NCBI GenBank assembly: GCA_963662545.2
Contig: CAXXLL010000003.1
Span: 2,186,644 to 2,250,643 of the forward strand
DNA: 64,000 nucleotides
Direction: 5' to 3'
Source: Gammaproteobacteria bacterium
GTDB lineage: Bacteria > Pseudomonadota > Gammaproteobacteria > Ga0077536
How positions within the stretch are numbered: position 1 is the stretch's first letter; every line of letters begins with the position of its first letter. The translations under genes and the position numbers were made by a program. The notes under the pieces are model-generated. The model did not search any database. It was given only the letters and a program-made list of their open reading frames with translations, and was not told where the DNA came from. This document shows, piece by piece, positions 1 to 9,147 of this stretch.

Positions 1-354
1 TGCAGCCTTGCGATCCCGCCGTTTCGTGGCAAAAACTTCGAGTACCTCCCCTTCGTGATCGAGGGCGCGCCAGAGGTAGTGTGTTTCACCGTTGATCCGG
101 ACAAACACCTCATCAAGATGCCAGCGCCAGTTCGAATAGGATCCATGATGAATGCGGCGTTTCCGGATCTCGGCTGAAAACAGGGGACCAAAGCGGTTCC
201 ACCCGTACCGCACCGTCTCATAACAAATGTCGATGCCCCGTTCGAACAGAATGTCTTCAACTTGGCGCAACGACAGCGGATAGCGGATATACAACATCAC
301 GGCGAGGCGAATGACCTCGGGAGAACTGTTGAAATAACGGAAGGGATTTCGCAT
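1..354 (-). CDS. IS6-family transposase, N-terminal part (3' end lies outside window)
   Basis: Minus-strand translation from the ATG at 354 reads MRNPFRYFNSSPEVIRLAVMLYIRYPLSLRQVEDILFERGIDICYETVRYGWNRFGPLF. It is collinear with the copy at 1241-1936 and has Gln where that copy has TAG. Confidence 0.8.
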   Translation of the reverse strand, partial: MRNPFRYFNSSPEVIRLAVMLYIRYPLSLRQVEDILFERGIDICYETVRYGWNRFGPLFSAEIRKRRIHHGSYSNWRWHLDEVFVRINGETHYLWRALDHEGEVLEVFATKRRDRKAA

Positions 355-412
355 CGCTTGAGGCTACGGAACTCCCCTTCCCCGCTCAAGCCGATTTACT
401 CTGACAATGCCC
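1..412 (-). mobile_element. IS6-family element, partial copy (runs off window start)
   Basis: Transposase N-terminus plus a terminal inverted repeat (GGCATTGTCAGAG read on the minus strand) ending at 412. The complete copy at 1189-2003 has the same IR. Confidence 0.8.
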
Positions 413-1053
413 GCTCAATGCTTGAGTGGAGGAGACGAGATAGGAGACACCCCTGTTTCGTCGCGGCCCTCGCAAGTGGGGCGAAAAATTTTCGCCCCAG
501 CAGACTGGTTTGGTTTTGACGCCTCGACGTTGGAAGAAAAACGGGATGCCGGGTAGGTGGCATTCCCGGATGTTTCGGGCACAGCCTGATGAGCAATGCC
601 TGATCCGTCTTTAGCTTGATCGGCACTACTTCATTGCATATGATTCCTATAGTTAAGATGGATTTCAAGAAATAACATGAATAACTTCAAACACCCTCTC
701 GCCGTGCGCGCGGTAGCGCACATGACCGCGCTCTGCCGGATGTTCGAGCGCCTCGCGAGCATGCCGCGATCCACCGGCACCTGGGAGCCCAGGACACCAG
801 GCGATGTGGACTTGCGGCTTCAACTGCAAGGCGATCCGCCCCGCCGCATATGGCGGCGCTACTTTTACCTCGTGCTGGCGGTGATAGTCCTTGTGCTCGG
901 GCTCGTCGTCGCTCACAGTGCGCGCGCCTATGCCTATAACGATTGCATGAGGCCCTATGTCGACGGTTTTGCTTCGTATCTGGAAAGCGAAGACCTGAGC
1001 ATGGGGCTTCAAACCCTCGATGGCGATTGCATGCTGGAACCGTCAGCGCCAAC

Positions 1054-1187
1054 CACGAGGTCGGATGCTCCGTGACGTTGAAATGCAAGGTCCGCCGGCA
1101 CTCATGACTCAACAAGACAAACACAAACAATACCCGGAACGTCGCCGAAGGTACGGTGAAGAAATCCATCGAGATCAGCTCTCGGAT
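1054..1187 (-). pseudogene. Integrase-core (rve) transposase fragment, 5'-truncated by the IS6 copy
   Basis: Minus-strand peptide IRELISMDFFTVPSATFRVLFVFVLLSHECRRTLHFNVTEHPTSW is typical of the start of an rve catalytic domain. It abuts the IS6 IR at 1189. A frameshifted, decayed continuation may reach about 680. Confidence 0.45.
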
Positions 1188-1188
1188 G

Positions 1189-2003
1189 GGCATTGTCAGA
1201 CTAACTTGATCTGACCAGTAGAGCCAACAATCGAGGCCTTTTAAGCTGCAAGTTGACACCACTCAGCCAGGGCAGCGGCTCGGGCTTGTTTGAAAATAGC
1301 GCGGCGGTTGAGGTGGCGTTGGTGGTTGAAATGGTTATAGATCGAGGCATGGACGGCGGCGAATTTCTGTAGGGTCTTGATGTCTCTGAAGCGCGCCATT
1401 GCCCCTTCCCGCCTTCGAAAGGGCTGATGTGAGTGCTCTGCCCGGTTGTTCAGCCAACGCCCGGTCTCTTGGCAACCTTCGTTGCCGAGCACCTTCATCG
1501 CAGCACGATATGACGGTAGCCTATCCGTGACGATCGAAGCCGGCCGGCCATAACGCTTCATCGTACGCTTCAGGAACTCAAGCGCAGCCTTGCGGTCCCG
1601 CCGTTTCGTCACAAAACCCTCAAGGACTTCGCCTTCATGGTCAACGGCACGCCATAGGTAATGTGTCTTGCCGTTGATGCGGACAAACACTTCATCAAGG
1701 TGCCAGCGCCAGTTCGAATAGGATCCATGATGAACACGGCGTGTCCGGATCTCCGCGGCAAACAGCGGACCAAAGCGGTTCCACCCATACCGCACGGTCT
1801 CATAGCAGATCTCGATGCCGCGCTCGAACAGGAGGTCTTCGACCTATCTCAGCGACAAAGGGTATCGGACATACAACATCACCGCGAAGCGGATCACTTC
1901 GGGCGAACTGTTGAAATAACGGAAAGGATTGTGCATCACCGGAGGCTACGAGGTCTTACTTTTCAGCTCAAGCCCATTTACTCTGACAATGCCCCCTGGT
2001 TTA
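1189..2003 (-). mobile_element. IS6-family insertion sequence, complete ends (815 bp)
   Basis: Terminal IRs are GGCATTGTCAGAC at 1189 and its reverse complement (ctctgacaatgcc) ending at 2003. Size and single-transposase layout fit the IS6/IS26 family. Confidence 0.85.
1241..1936 (-). pseudogene. IS6-family transposase with in-frame TAG at codon 31
   Basis: Reading from the ATG at 1936 gives MHNPFRYFNSSPEVIRFAVMLYVRYPLSLR-TAG(1844-1846)-VEDLLFERGIEICYETVRYGWNRF, then ORF 1241-1795. The frame is unchanged across the stop. Confidence 0.8.
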
Positions 2004-2107
2004 TGGCAGGTTTGGAAAAGGCGATTGGATAAAAGAGTGTGTACTCCATCAAGACAATCAACAACTGCTGTGTCAGTAGCCCATGAAAGACACCGCCACC
2101 GTGAATA

Positions 2108-2344
2108 CTATAAGCCGTGTCCGTCGTCAGAATAAATAGGACAGTGTAGGCGGTTATCTAACGGAGGCTTTGGCTCATCCTGATTGATGTTAAGCGGATT
2201 GCTTGTGATGAGCCAAGCGGCTTTTTGGATGGTCAGGTTTTTAATCTTTCTCTTTCTCTCAATGATGACGTGGTCCCGGCCGAAGCAGGTATCGGCAGGC
2301 GTGACGTTACCGATGCTCTCGTGATAACGGCGGTGGTTGTAGGT
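2108..2344 (-). pseudogene. rve-type transposase C-terminal fragment, cut by IS3 insertion
   Basis: Peptide STYNHRRYHESIGNVTPADTCFGRDHVIIERKRKIKNLTIQK matches the conserved C-terminal YNxxRxHxSLxxxTPA motif of IS3/IS481-type integrases. The N-terminal part is absent and the fragment abuts the IS3 IR at 2345. Confidence 0.6.
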
Positions 2345-2418
2345 TGACCTTTCCCCCCAAAAGGTAGCCAAATTCGTTAGGAGATTTCCCACAAAATTGA
2401 CCCAAGGGAGGTCTCGAT

Positions 2419-2685
2419 ATGAAGCGCAAGCGCTATACCGAAGAACAGATAATTTCGATCCTCAAAGGGCACGAAGCTGGGATGCCGGCCCAGGAAGTCA
2501 TTCGCAAACACGGTATCGCTAACGGCACGTTTTACCGCTGGAAGGAAAAGTTCAGCGGCATGGAGATATCCGATGCGAAGCGATTACGGGAACTCGAAGC
2601 CGAGAATGCAAAGCTGAAGCGGCTGCTCGCCGAGACGCTACTCGACAAGACCGCGCTGGAGGACGTTGTGCAAAAAAAGTGGTGA
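2419..2685 (+). CDS. IS3-family transposase OrfA (HTH)
   Basis: MKRKRYTEEQIISILKGHEAGMPAQEVIRKHGIANGTFYRWKEKF, followed by a leucine-zipper-like tail. This is a typical IS3 OrfA. Confidence 0.85.
   Translation: MKRKRYTEEQIISILKGHEAGMPAQEVIRKHGIANGTFYRWKEKFSGMEISDAKRLRELEAENAKLKRLLAETLLDKTALEDVVQKKW
2673..2679 (+). other. Programmed -1 ribosomal frameshift heptamer A AAA AAG (orfA/orfB overlap)
   Basis: A run of seven A followed by G at 2672-2679. A -1 slip continues as VVKPAQRR, which is the start of orfB. Confidence 0.6.
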
Positions 2686-3497
2686 AGCCGGCACAGCGGC
2701 GCGCTGTCGTCGGCTATTTGCAGCAAAGGTATTCAATGAGCCAACGTCGAGCCTGTCGATTGGTGAAGCTCAGCCGCAAGTCAGCCGCTTATCAAGCGAA
2801 GCCTCGTAACGATCAAGCGCTCAGTGATCGACTCAAGACGCTCGGTGAACAGTATCCGCGTTACGGCTACCTGATGCTGCACGCAATGCTTGAATCTGAA
2901 GGCCTGGTCGTGAACCGCAAGCGTACCTAGCGGCTCTACAAGGCGTTGGGCATGCAGGTGCGCACGAAGCGGCGCAAGAAGCTCGCCCGACCCCGGATAC
3001 CGATGGCTGCGCCGACACAGGTCAACGAACGCTGGTCACTGGACTTCGTGCACGATCAACTCACGCACGGCAGGCGGATCTGTATCCTAAACATCGTGGA
3101 TGATTATTCGCGAACCTGCGTCGGCCAACTCGTCGATACTTCGATCTCCGGTTTGCGCGTCGCTCGCCGCTTGGATGAGCTTGCAAATAGTCGCGGGCTG
3201 CCAGCATCCATTGTCATGGACAACGGCCCAGAACTCACTAGCAAGGCGATGTTCTTTTGGTCGCAACGAACCGCTGTAAAACTTCACTTCATCCAGCCGG
3301 GCAAGCCAACGCAGAACGCGTTCGTTGAAAGCTTCAACGCCAGACTACGTGACAGCTGCCTCAACCAACACTGGTTCAAAGATCTGACCGCAGCGCGACG
3401 CATCATTTACGCCTGGAAGCATCACTACAACCATGAAAGACCACACAGCTCGCTCGATTATCAGGCTCCTGCTGTATTCGAAATCAAAGCCGCCTGA
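2679..3497 (+). pseudogene. IS3-family transposase OrfB (rve) with in-frame TAG at 2928-2930
   Basis: ORFs 2679-2930 and 2946-3497 are in the same frame. The junction reads VNRKRT-TAG-RLYKALGMQV, where this family has Tyr. The DDE region NERWSLDFV...IVMDNGPELTS...NAFVESFN is intact. Confidence 0.8.
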
Positions 3498-3615
3498 TAC
3501 GATGTTTTATCTCCTAGAATCTGGCAACCCAACGGGGAGAAGATCAGCGTCACCGTACCTTGGCGCACACACTCCCACGAATCTCAAGTGAAAGGCATCG
3601 GAGAGGATTCCTCAT

Positions 3616-4782
3616 ATGACCGAGTACGCAAGATACGGGAAATGGGAGGTGATCGAGCCCATTGGCCGAGGTGGGCAGGGACAGGTTTATCTGGTTCGCG
3701 ATGTGTCCGGGGCAGCAGATACAGGGGAACGCTGGAGGAAGCTACAGAAGCCGATCACTACCCTGAACATCGCAAGCGAGCAACAGCGATATGAGGAGGC
3801 CGGTTCGCAACTTGCGGACGAGATTCGTCAGATTGTGAGTGAATCGCAAGCGCCGATCGGTGCCCTCAAAAAAATGCTGCCCTTTGAAGATGGCGCAGCG
3901 GAAGATGAGGCAGCCGCTCTCGATCGGATGAAGCGGGAATTGTCAGTCCTCGAATCAGTAAGTCATCCGTCGCTCGTGAAGGTGCTGGACAGCAACCTCG
4001 ACGAGAAGTGGTTCGTGATGGAGTACCTTGAGGGTGGGAAGTTGTCTGACCGTCTGGAGACCTACAAGGGGCGTGTGCTCGATGCGCTTAGGGCTGTCAG
4101 GCCGATTGTTGACGCGGTGTCTGCGTTCCACACCGCGAAGGTTGTTCACAGGGACATTAAACCCGACAACATCTTTGTAGCGTCTGACGGGCATCTCGTT
4201 CTGGGTGATTGTGGCCTGGCGTTCAAGGTCGAGAGCCAGGACAGGTTGACGCTGACATGGGAAAACGTAGGCACCCGCGACTTTCAGCCACCTTGGAGCT
4301 ACACAAAGCGTTTGGCGGATGTGCAGCCAGCATACGACGTGTTCAGTCTGGCAAAGTTGTTGTGGGCAATGGTGTCCGGTCGCCCGAAGTTCGCCCTCTG
4401 GTACTTTGACAGTGAGGATAACGACTTGCGCCAGATGTTCCCGGATGAACCTGGTGTCCACTTCGTCCACAAAATCCTTGGGAAGTGCGTTGTGCAACAA
4501 GAGGACGAGACGAAATTGCACGACGCAGGTGAGCTGCTCGAAGAGGTCGACACTACAATTGCGGCGCTGTCGCATGGCTGTCAGCTGCCGGGATGGAAGC
4601 GTAGGATGCGATGTCGGTTCTGTGGAATCGGCACATATAAAAAGTCACCTAGAGACGAGATCGCGGGAAACGTTAGGATAATGTACGAGCGAACCTATTT
4701 CGTATGTGGCCACTGCGGACACCTTGAGTCATTCGTCTGGCCGGACGGCAGTCGGCCGCCTGTTTGGGATGAGAGCAACTAA
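3616..4782 (+). CDS. Hanks-type Ser/Thr protein kinase with C-terminal CxxC...CxxC zinc ribbon
   Basis: Gly-loop IGRGGQGQVY, catalytic loop VHRDIKPDNIF, a DFG-equivalent GDCGLAF, GTRDFQPPW and DVFSLAKLLW. The C-terminus has CRFCG...CGHCG. RBS ggagagg lies upstream. Confidence 0.85.
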   Translation: MTEYARYGKWEVIEPIGRGGQGQVYLVRDVSGAADTGERWRKLQKPITTLNIASEQQRYEEAGSQLADEIRQIVSESQAPIGALKKMLPFEDGAAEDEAAALDRMKRELSVLESVSHPSLVKVLDSNLDEKWFVMEYLEGGKLSDRLETYKGRVLDALRAVRPIVDAVSAFHTAKVVHRDIKPDNIFVASDGHLVLGDCGLAFKVESQDRLTLTWENVGTRDFQPPWSYTKRLADVQPAYDVFSLAKLLWAMVSGRPKFALWYFDSEDNDLRQMFPDEPGVHFVHKILGKCVVQQEDETKLHDAGELLEEVDTTIAALSHGCQLPGWKRRMRCRFCGIGTYKKSPRDEIAGNVRIMYERTYFVCGHCGHLESFVWPDGSRPPVWDESN

Positions 4783-4950
4783 AAGCCTGGCCCAGTAGCC
4801 GACCCCGGACGGTCAAGCTGAACTGTGTCAACGGCGGCGGGATTATGTACCGCGCGGCGGCGTAAAAATGTACCACGGTGTTGATTTGCACCGAATATTG
4901 ACCCGGTATTTGCACTGAAAATTGACCCACCCGGATGAGCCGATTATGGC

Positions 4951-5724
4951 TCAGGTTTTGTTCTTTTTCTTAGGTTTTGTCTCCTTGTTGTTGGTGGTTG
5001 AGTTCTTGAGCCGATAACTGTCGTTGCCGGTCTCAAGGATATGGCAGTGGTGGGTGAGTCGATCCAGCAGTGCTGTTGTCAGCTTGGCATCGCCGAATAC
5101 GTTGGGCCATTCCGAGAAGCTCAGGTTGGTGGTGATGATCAGGCTGGTCTTTTCGTACAGTTTGCTCAGCAGGTGAAACAGCAAGGCACCGCCAACCTGG
5201 CTGAACGGCAGGTACCCGAGCTCATCGAGGATGAGCAGATCGACGTGCACCAGCCGGTTGGCCAGGCGTCCTTGCTTGCCGTTGAGCTTTTCCTGCTCAA
5301 GCGCATTAACAAGTTCAATGGTGGATAAGAACCGAACCCGGCGATGGTGGTGGATGATGGCTTGCACGCCGATCGCGGTGGCGATGTGTGTCTTGCCGGT
5401 ACCTGGGCCACCGATGAGCACGATGTTCTCGGTATCGTCGAGGAACTCACAGCGATGCAGGGACTTCACCTGGCTGACACTAATGCTGCTTTCGTTGAAG
5501 TCGAAGCCTGCGAGATCCCGGTGTGCCGGGAACCGAGCGATCTTCATCTGGTAGTTGATGGAACGCACCTCGCGTTCGGCGACTTCGGCCTTGATGAGCT
5601 TCTCGAGCAGCTCGCCGGACTGCTTGAATGCCGGCGATCCCTGTTCGGCCAACTCTGTGATAGCGCCTGCCATGCCGTGCAGCTTCATCGACTTCAATGT
5701 GGTGACCAGTGTATCAACCGACAT
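4951..5724 (-). CDS. istB: IS21 helper ATPase IstB
   Basis: Walker [10 protein letters not shown], Walker [10 protein letters not shown], and C-terminal [20 protein letters not shown]. Confidence 0.92.
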   Translation of the reverse strand: MSVDTLVTTLKSMKLHGMAGAITELAEQGSPAFKQSGELLEKLIKAEVAEREVRSINYQMKIARFPAHRDLAGFDFNESSISVSQVKSLHRCEFLDDTENIVLIGGPGTGKTHIATAIGVQAIIHHHRRVRFLSTIELVNALEQEKLNGKQGRLANRLVHVDLLILDELGYLPFSQVGGALLFHLLSKLYEKTSLIITTNLSFSEWPNVFGDAKLTTALLDRLTHHCHILETGNDSYRLKNSTTNNKETKPKKKNKT

Positions 5725-7264
5725 AATGATTACCTCTCAGGCTATCGTAACGTTCGGTGTTGGCGATCGGCTCGTTACTGAGACTTAAAGACGGTGGCGG
5801 CTCGAGGGCCGCCGGAGGCGGCGTGTCCAGTAATCGCGACAGTCGGTTGAGAATGTGGGTCTTGGAGATCACGCCGCTGGCAATGGCCTCACAGACAGCC
5901 TGTTCCACGAGCTTCTCGTCGTGGTGCAGCACAAGCGCCAGGATGTCGGCCATCTCGCGATCACCACCGTCGCGTTGACGCAGGACAGACCGCAAGCGCT
6001 GGAAGCTCTTTGGTAGCTCGGCAAACGGTGCACCGTTCCGTAATGCACCGGGCTTTCTCTGCACCACGGCCAGGTAGTGGCGCCAGTCGTAGACGGTTGT
6101 GCCCTTGCTGTTGTGATCGCGATTAAACACCCGGACATGCTCGGCAATGACCCTAGCCTCAGCCACCAGCACGATGCGATCGGCATAGGCTCGCATGCTG
6201 ACGACGCGGTTGGCGAAGGCCGCCGGTACGCTGTAGCGGTTGCGTTCGAAGTGAATCAGGCAGGTTGGCGTAACGCGCTTGGTGAGCTCCACAAAGCCAT
6301 CGAAGGGCGGTGGCATCACCATCAGCGCAGCACGCTCATCGTCGAACACCTCGGCAACGGTGCGACCGTTCTGTTCCGGGTGCAAGACCTCGTGCCACAA
6401 CGACTGGCAGCGCTCTTCCAGCCAGTCGTTGAGCTTGGCGAGGCTCGCGAACGCCGGTGCGTCCTGCAGCATGCGATGCCGGGCATCGCGAACGGCCTTC
6501 TCCACCTGGCCTTTCTCCCAGCCGGCGGCGGGGTTACAGAACTCGGACTCAAACAGAAAATGGCTGACCATGGCGCGGAAACGGGCGTTGACCTTGCGGT
6601 GTTTACCGCGACCGACCTTGTCCACAGCGGTCTTCATATTGTCGTAGATGCCGCGCTCCGGAATGCCCTGCAACACACGGAAAGCATGATTGTGGGCGTC
6701 GAACAGCATCTCGTGCGTCTGGGTCAGGTAGGCGCGAAGAAAGAACGCTCGGCTGTGGCACAACTTGAAGTGCGCCATCTGCAGCTTGGTCTTCTTGCCG
6801 CCAATGCGAATCCAGTCTTCGCTCCAGTCGAACTGGAAAGCCTCTCCGGGTGCAAAGACGAGCGGCACAAAGGCACCTCGACTGGCGCGGCTCTCCCGTT
6901 CGCGCTCACGTTGTCGCCAGTCGCGGGCGAAGGCGGCGACCCGGTCGTAGGAACCATCAAAACCCAGCGCCACCAGGTCGCGATGTAACTGCTTTAAGTT
7001 ACGTCGTCGCTTCCTGTTGCGCTTGGCCTCGCGCTTCAGCCAACTCAGCAAGGTATCCACAAATGGATCGAGCTTGCTGATGCTCTTTCTGGCCGGGTAT
7101 GCAGGCGTTACCTCACCGTTGGCCAGGTACTTCTTTATCGTGTTCCGGGAAAGCCCGGTTCGTCTTGTAATCTCTCTTATCGGTAGCTTGTCACGTCCGT
7201 GCCAGCGCCGAATAACACTCAATAAATCCACGTCTATCACTCCTTCATAACTCCTGCAGTCCAA
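5714..7264 (-). CDS. istA: IS21 transposase IstA
   Basis: 516 aa with an N-terminal HTH ([19 protein letters not shown]) and a DDE core. It overlaps the istB start by 11 nt. Confidence 0.9.
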   Translation of the reverse strand: MDCRSYEGVIDVDLLSVIRRWHGRDKLPIREITRRTGLSRNTIKKYLANGEVTPAYPARKSISKLDPFVDTLLSWLKREAKRNRKRRRNLKQLHRDLVALGFDGSYDRVAAFARDWRQRERERESRASRGAFVPLVFAPGEAFQFDWSEDWIRIGGKKTKLQMAHFKLCHSRAFFLRAYLTQTHEMLFDAHNHAFRVLQGIPERGIYDNMKTAVDKVGRGKHRKVNARFRAMVSHFLFESEFCNPAAGWEKGQVEKAVRDARHRMLQDAPAFASLAKLNDWLEERCQSLWHEVLHPEQNGRTVAEVFDDERAALMVMPPPFDGFVELTKRVTPTCLIHFERNRYSVPAAFANRVVSMRAYADRIVLVAEARVIAEHVRVFNRDHNSKGTTVYDWRHYLAVVQRKPGALRNGAPFAELPKSFQRLRSVLRQRDGGDREMADILALVLHHDEKLVEQAVCEAIASGVISKTHILNRLSRLLDTPPPAALEPPPSLSLSNEPIANTERYDSLRGNHYVG

Positions 7265-7346
7265 TCGCAGGAGAAGGGTTACACGTGGGTCATTTTTAGA
7301 TGCAAATAATGGGGGCTAGTGGGTCAACTTTGGATGCAAATCAACA

Positions 7347-7891
7347 AGACCGAGGGCACGGAGGCCTATACGGGAGACTATACCTACGGAAAGACGGGAC
7401 CGAACACGGGACAGATCCAATTCGACTACGATGACGGTGATCGCTGTACATCGAGCATCGCGTTCGACTCAACCACTACGGGCGTCGTCGCCTTCGCGTG
7501 TGATGACGGCGAGACGGGAACAACAAGCTGGCGGATCGTGGACATCGAGGTAGAGGCTACCGGGTTCGCGCCGGCCGATCAAACCGCGTTTGATACCCGC
7601 TTCGTCGGTAAGCGGGTGGAGACAAGCATATCGTTCTACCACGTGGACTTCGTCTCTGCCGGTCGTGTCAGCCAAGTCATCAGAGGGGAAGCCTCCGGGG
7701 GACGGTATACCTACGAGAAGACGGATGCGAATGCGGGAACGCTCGAGTTCTACTCCGATGACACAGATCACTGTACCCTAGACCTTACCTTCGATTCAGC
7801 CACGGCGGGCACCACCGACGTCACTTGCGATGACGGAACAGAGTTATCACCCGTAAGCTGGCAGCTCGTAGATATTCCCGCGCCTGCGTAG
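7347..7891 (+). pseudogene. 3' fragment of a gene encoding tandem about 60-aa Cys-containing repeats, 5'-truncated by IS21
   Basis: Two repeats follow the pattern YTYxKTxxNxGxxxFxxDDxDxCTxxxxFDSxTxGxxxxxCDDGxxxxxxSWxxVDI. The ORF-track start at 7319 lies inside the IS21 end. Confidence 0.55.
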
Positions 7892-8237
7892 AGCTCCCGT
7901 CGCCTTCGGTAACCGATAGCTGCACGAATGCAGGGGTGTTCTTCACACTGAGTGTGGCGGTTACACGTAGGGCAAAGCTCGGACTCGCGCGGAGTTCATG
8001 TCCTGTCGCCGTGGAAAGACGCAAGCGTAACGTGCTCCCCATTCGTCCCTCATTCATAACGAGAGTCTGTGGGGTTGATAATCATGGTGTTAACGGCGGA
8101 GGAATAATGCCTCACGCGAGGCGGCCGGGCGGTGCGGTCGCGGCGCCGCGAAATTGCGCCACCAATGGCGCCTTGTCGTTCGTGGCGAGGGGCTGAGTCA
8201 TCATGAGGTGGCGTAGCGATACAAATTCTCTCCGTCG

Positions 8238-8441
8238 TTGGCAGTCGGGGCGAAAGCCGCCTATATCGAGCGCTTCGACGCCCGCTTCCGTGACGAACTG
8301 CTCGCCCGCGAAATATTCTTAAGCCTGCGCGTGGCGTCCATCCTGAGCGAATCATCGAAGAAACTTTACAATACCAGGCGGCTATACACCGCCTTGGGCG
8401 ACCACCCACCGGGCCCGCAAACCATCGTTTCTATGGACTAA
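8238..8441 (+). pseudogene. Decayed C-terminal fragment of an IS3-type transposase
   Basis: AAYIERFDARFRDELLAREIFLSLRVASIL...RRLYTALGDHPPGPQT resembles the family consensus motif (recalled from memory, not from this sequence) YIESFNGRFRDELLNxEIF...RPHSALGYRPPAP. Confidence 0.5.
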
Positions 8442-8495
8442 AGGCCGCTCATCCACTAACAATCAAGATGGACCACTCAACGGGGGCAGACGGAT

Positions 8496-8690
8496 TTGCG
8501 CTTATTTCGGGAGATGCCACAAGAAGAGCTTGCACACGTTTGTGGCTTTGATAGGACTTATATTTCTTTGCTTGAGCGTGCTAAGCGTCAACCGTCACTG
8601 ACTACAGTTTTCGCGCTAGCTGAACAACTCAACGTAAATCCTGAAGAAATCGTGAGTGAGACGAAGCAACGTTTGACACGTCGAAAATAG
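8496..8690 (+). CDS. Small XRE/Cro-type helix-turn-helix protein
   Basis: LRLFREMPQEELAHVCGFDRTYISLLERAKRQPSLTTVFALAEQLNV is a canonical XRE HTH. It has a TTG start and may be N-terminally shortened. Confidence 0.6.
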   Translation: MRLFREMPQEELAHVCGFDRTYISLLERAKRQPSLTTVFALAEQLNVNPEEIVSETKQRLTRRK

Positions 8691-8910
8691 ATACCAACGT
8701 GTGCCATTTCGCTGCCATCGTAAGATCTCGACTCTGTAGCAGAGTCTAATGCTTTGCTCTGAGATTTCGCGCCAAAACGCAAATGGGGCGTTCTGGCGTC
8801 ATTTCTCTAATCGAGCATGCATCTCAGTTGCACTTACAGCGCACTTACGAGCATGGAAGCGTGCGAATTTGAGGAGCTTCGGAAATCGCCTAACTTATTG
8901 ATCGGTAAAG

Positions 8911-8945
8911 GGTAGGTGTGATTGGAGTTGAACCAACGACCTCAG
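8911..8945 (-). other. tRNA 3'-end-like fragment (T-arm plus acceptor strand), not a complete tRNA
   Basis: The minus strand reads GGTCGTTGGTTCAACTCCAATCACACCTA: a 5-bp T stem, a TTCAACT loop and a 7-nt acceptor strand. No matching 5' acceptor, D arm or anticodon stem could be folded. Confidence 0.4.
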
Positions 8946-9147
8946 CATTGTAAGTGCGTTCGGCGGGTGTTACCCAGCGAACGGCAGAGCACGTCAAAGA
9001 AATTTAAAATGCAGTCAAACAGGGTCTCATTATCGCCCGAACACATTGAGAGACCAACCCCACCCAGGTTGCCCGGTATGGCAAATGGTTGCACCTCGGC
9101 CCTTGGTGATACGCTTATTGCCAACCACCACCAGGGGGAGAATTACC

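Larger units (their letters stand above)
2345..3546 (+). mobile_element. IS3-family (IS407-group-like) insertion sequence, 1202 bp
   Basis: Imperfect terminal IRs: TGACCTTTCCCCCCAAAAGGTAGCCAAATTCGTTAGGAGAT at 2345 versus the reverse complement of 3506-3546 (TGATCTTCTCCCCGTTGGGTTGCCAGATTCTAGGAGAT). OrfA/orfB layout. Flanks AGGT and GCGT differ, so there is no target duplication. Confidence 0.8.
4879..7346 (-). mobile_element. IS21-family insertion sequence (type 1)
   Basis: Ends are TGTTGATTTGCA (4879) and TGCAAATCAACA (7346), with the multiple subterminal repeats (gtgggtcaa..tgcaaat) typical of IS21. istA-istB operon present. Flanks do not form a target duplication. Confidence 0.85.

Noticed and set aside
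8911-8995. Possible complete tRNA gene on the minus strand.
   Set aside because: Only the T-arm and 3' acceptor strand fold. No complementary 5' acceptor strand (AGGTGTG) is present, and neither an anticodon stem nor a D arm can be formed.
9046-9147. N-terminal extension of the crotonase gene, and similar extensions (23410 for the PuuE-like gene, 17652 for the MetE-like gene, 50822 for lpdA, 40918-41751 for nthA).
   Set aside because: The extensions are Arg/Pro-rich, lack homology to the families, overlap upstream genes or repeats, and internal ATGs with good RBS match the canonical family N-termini.
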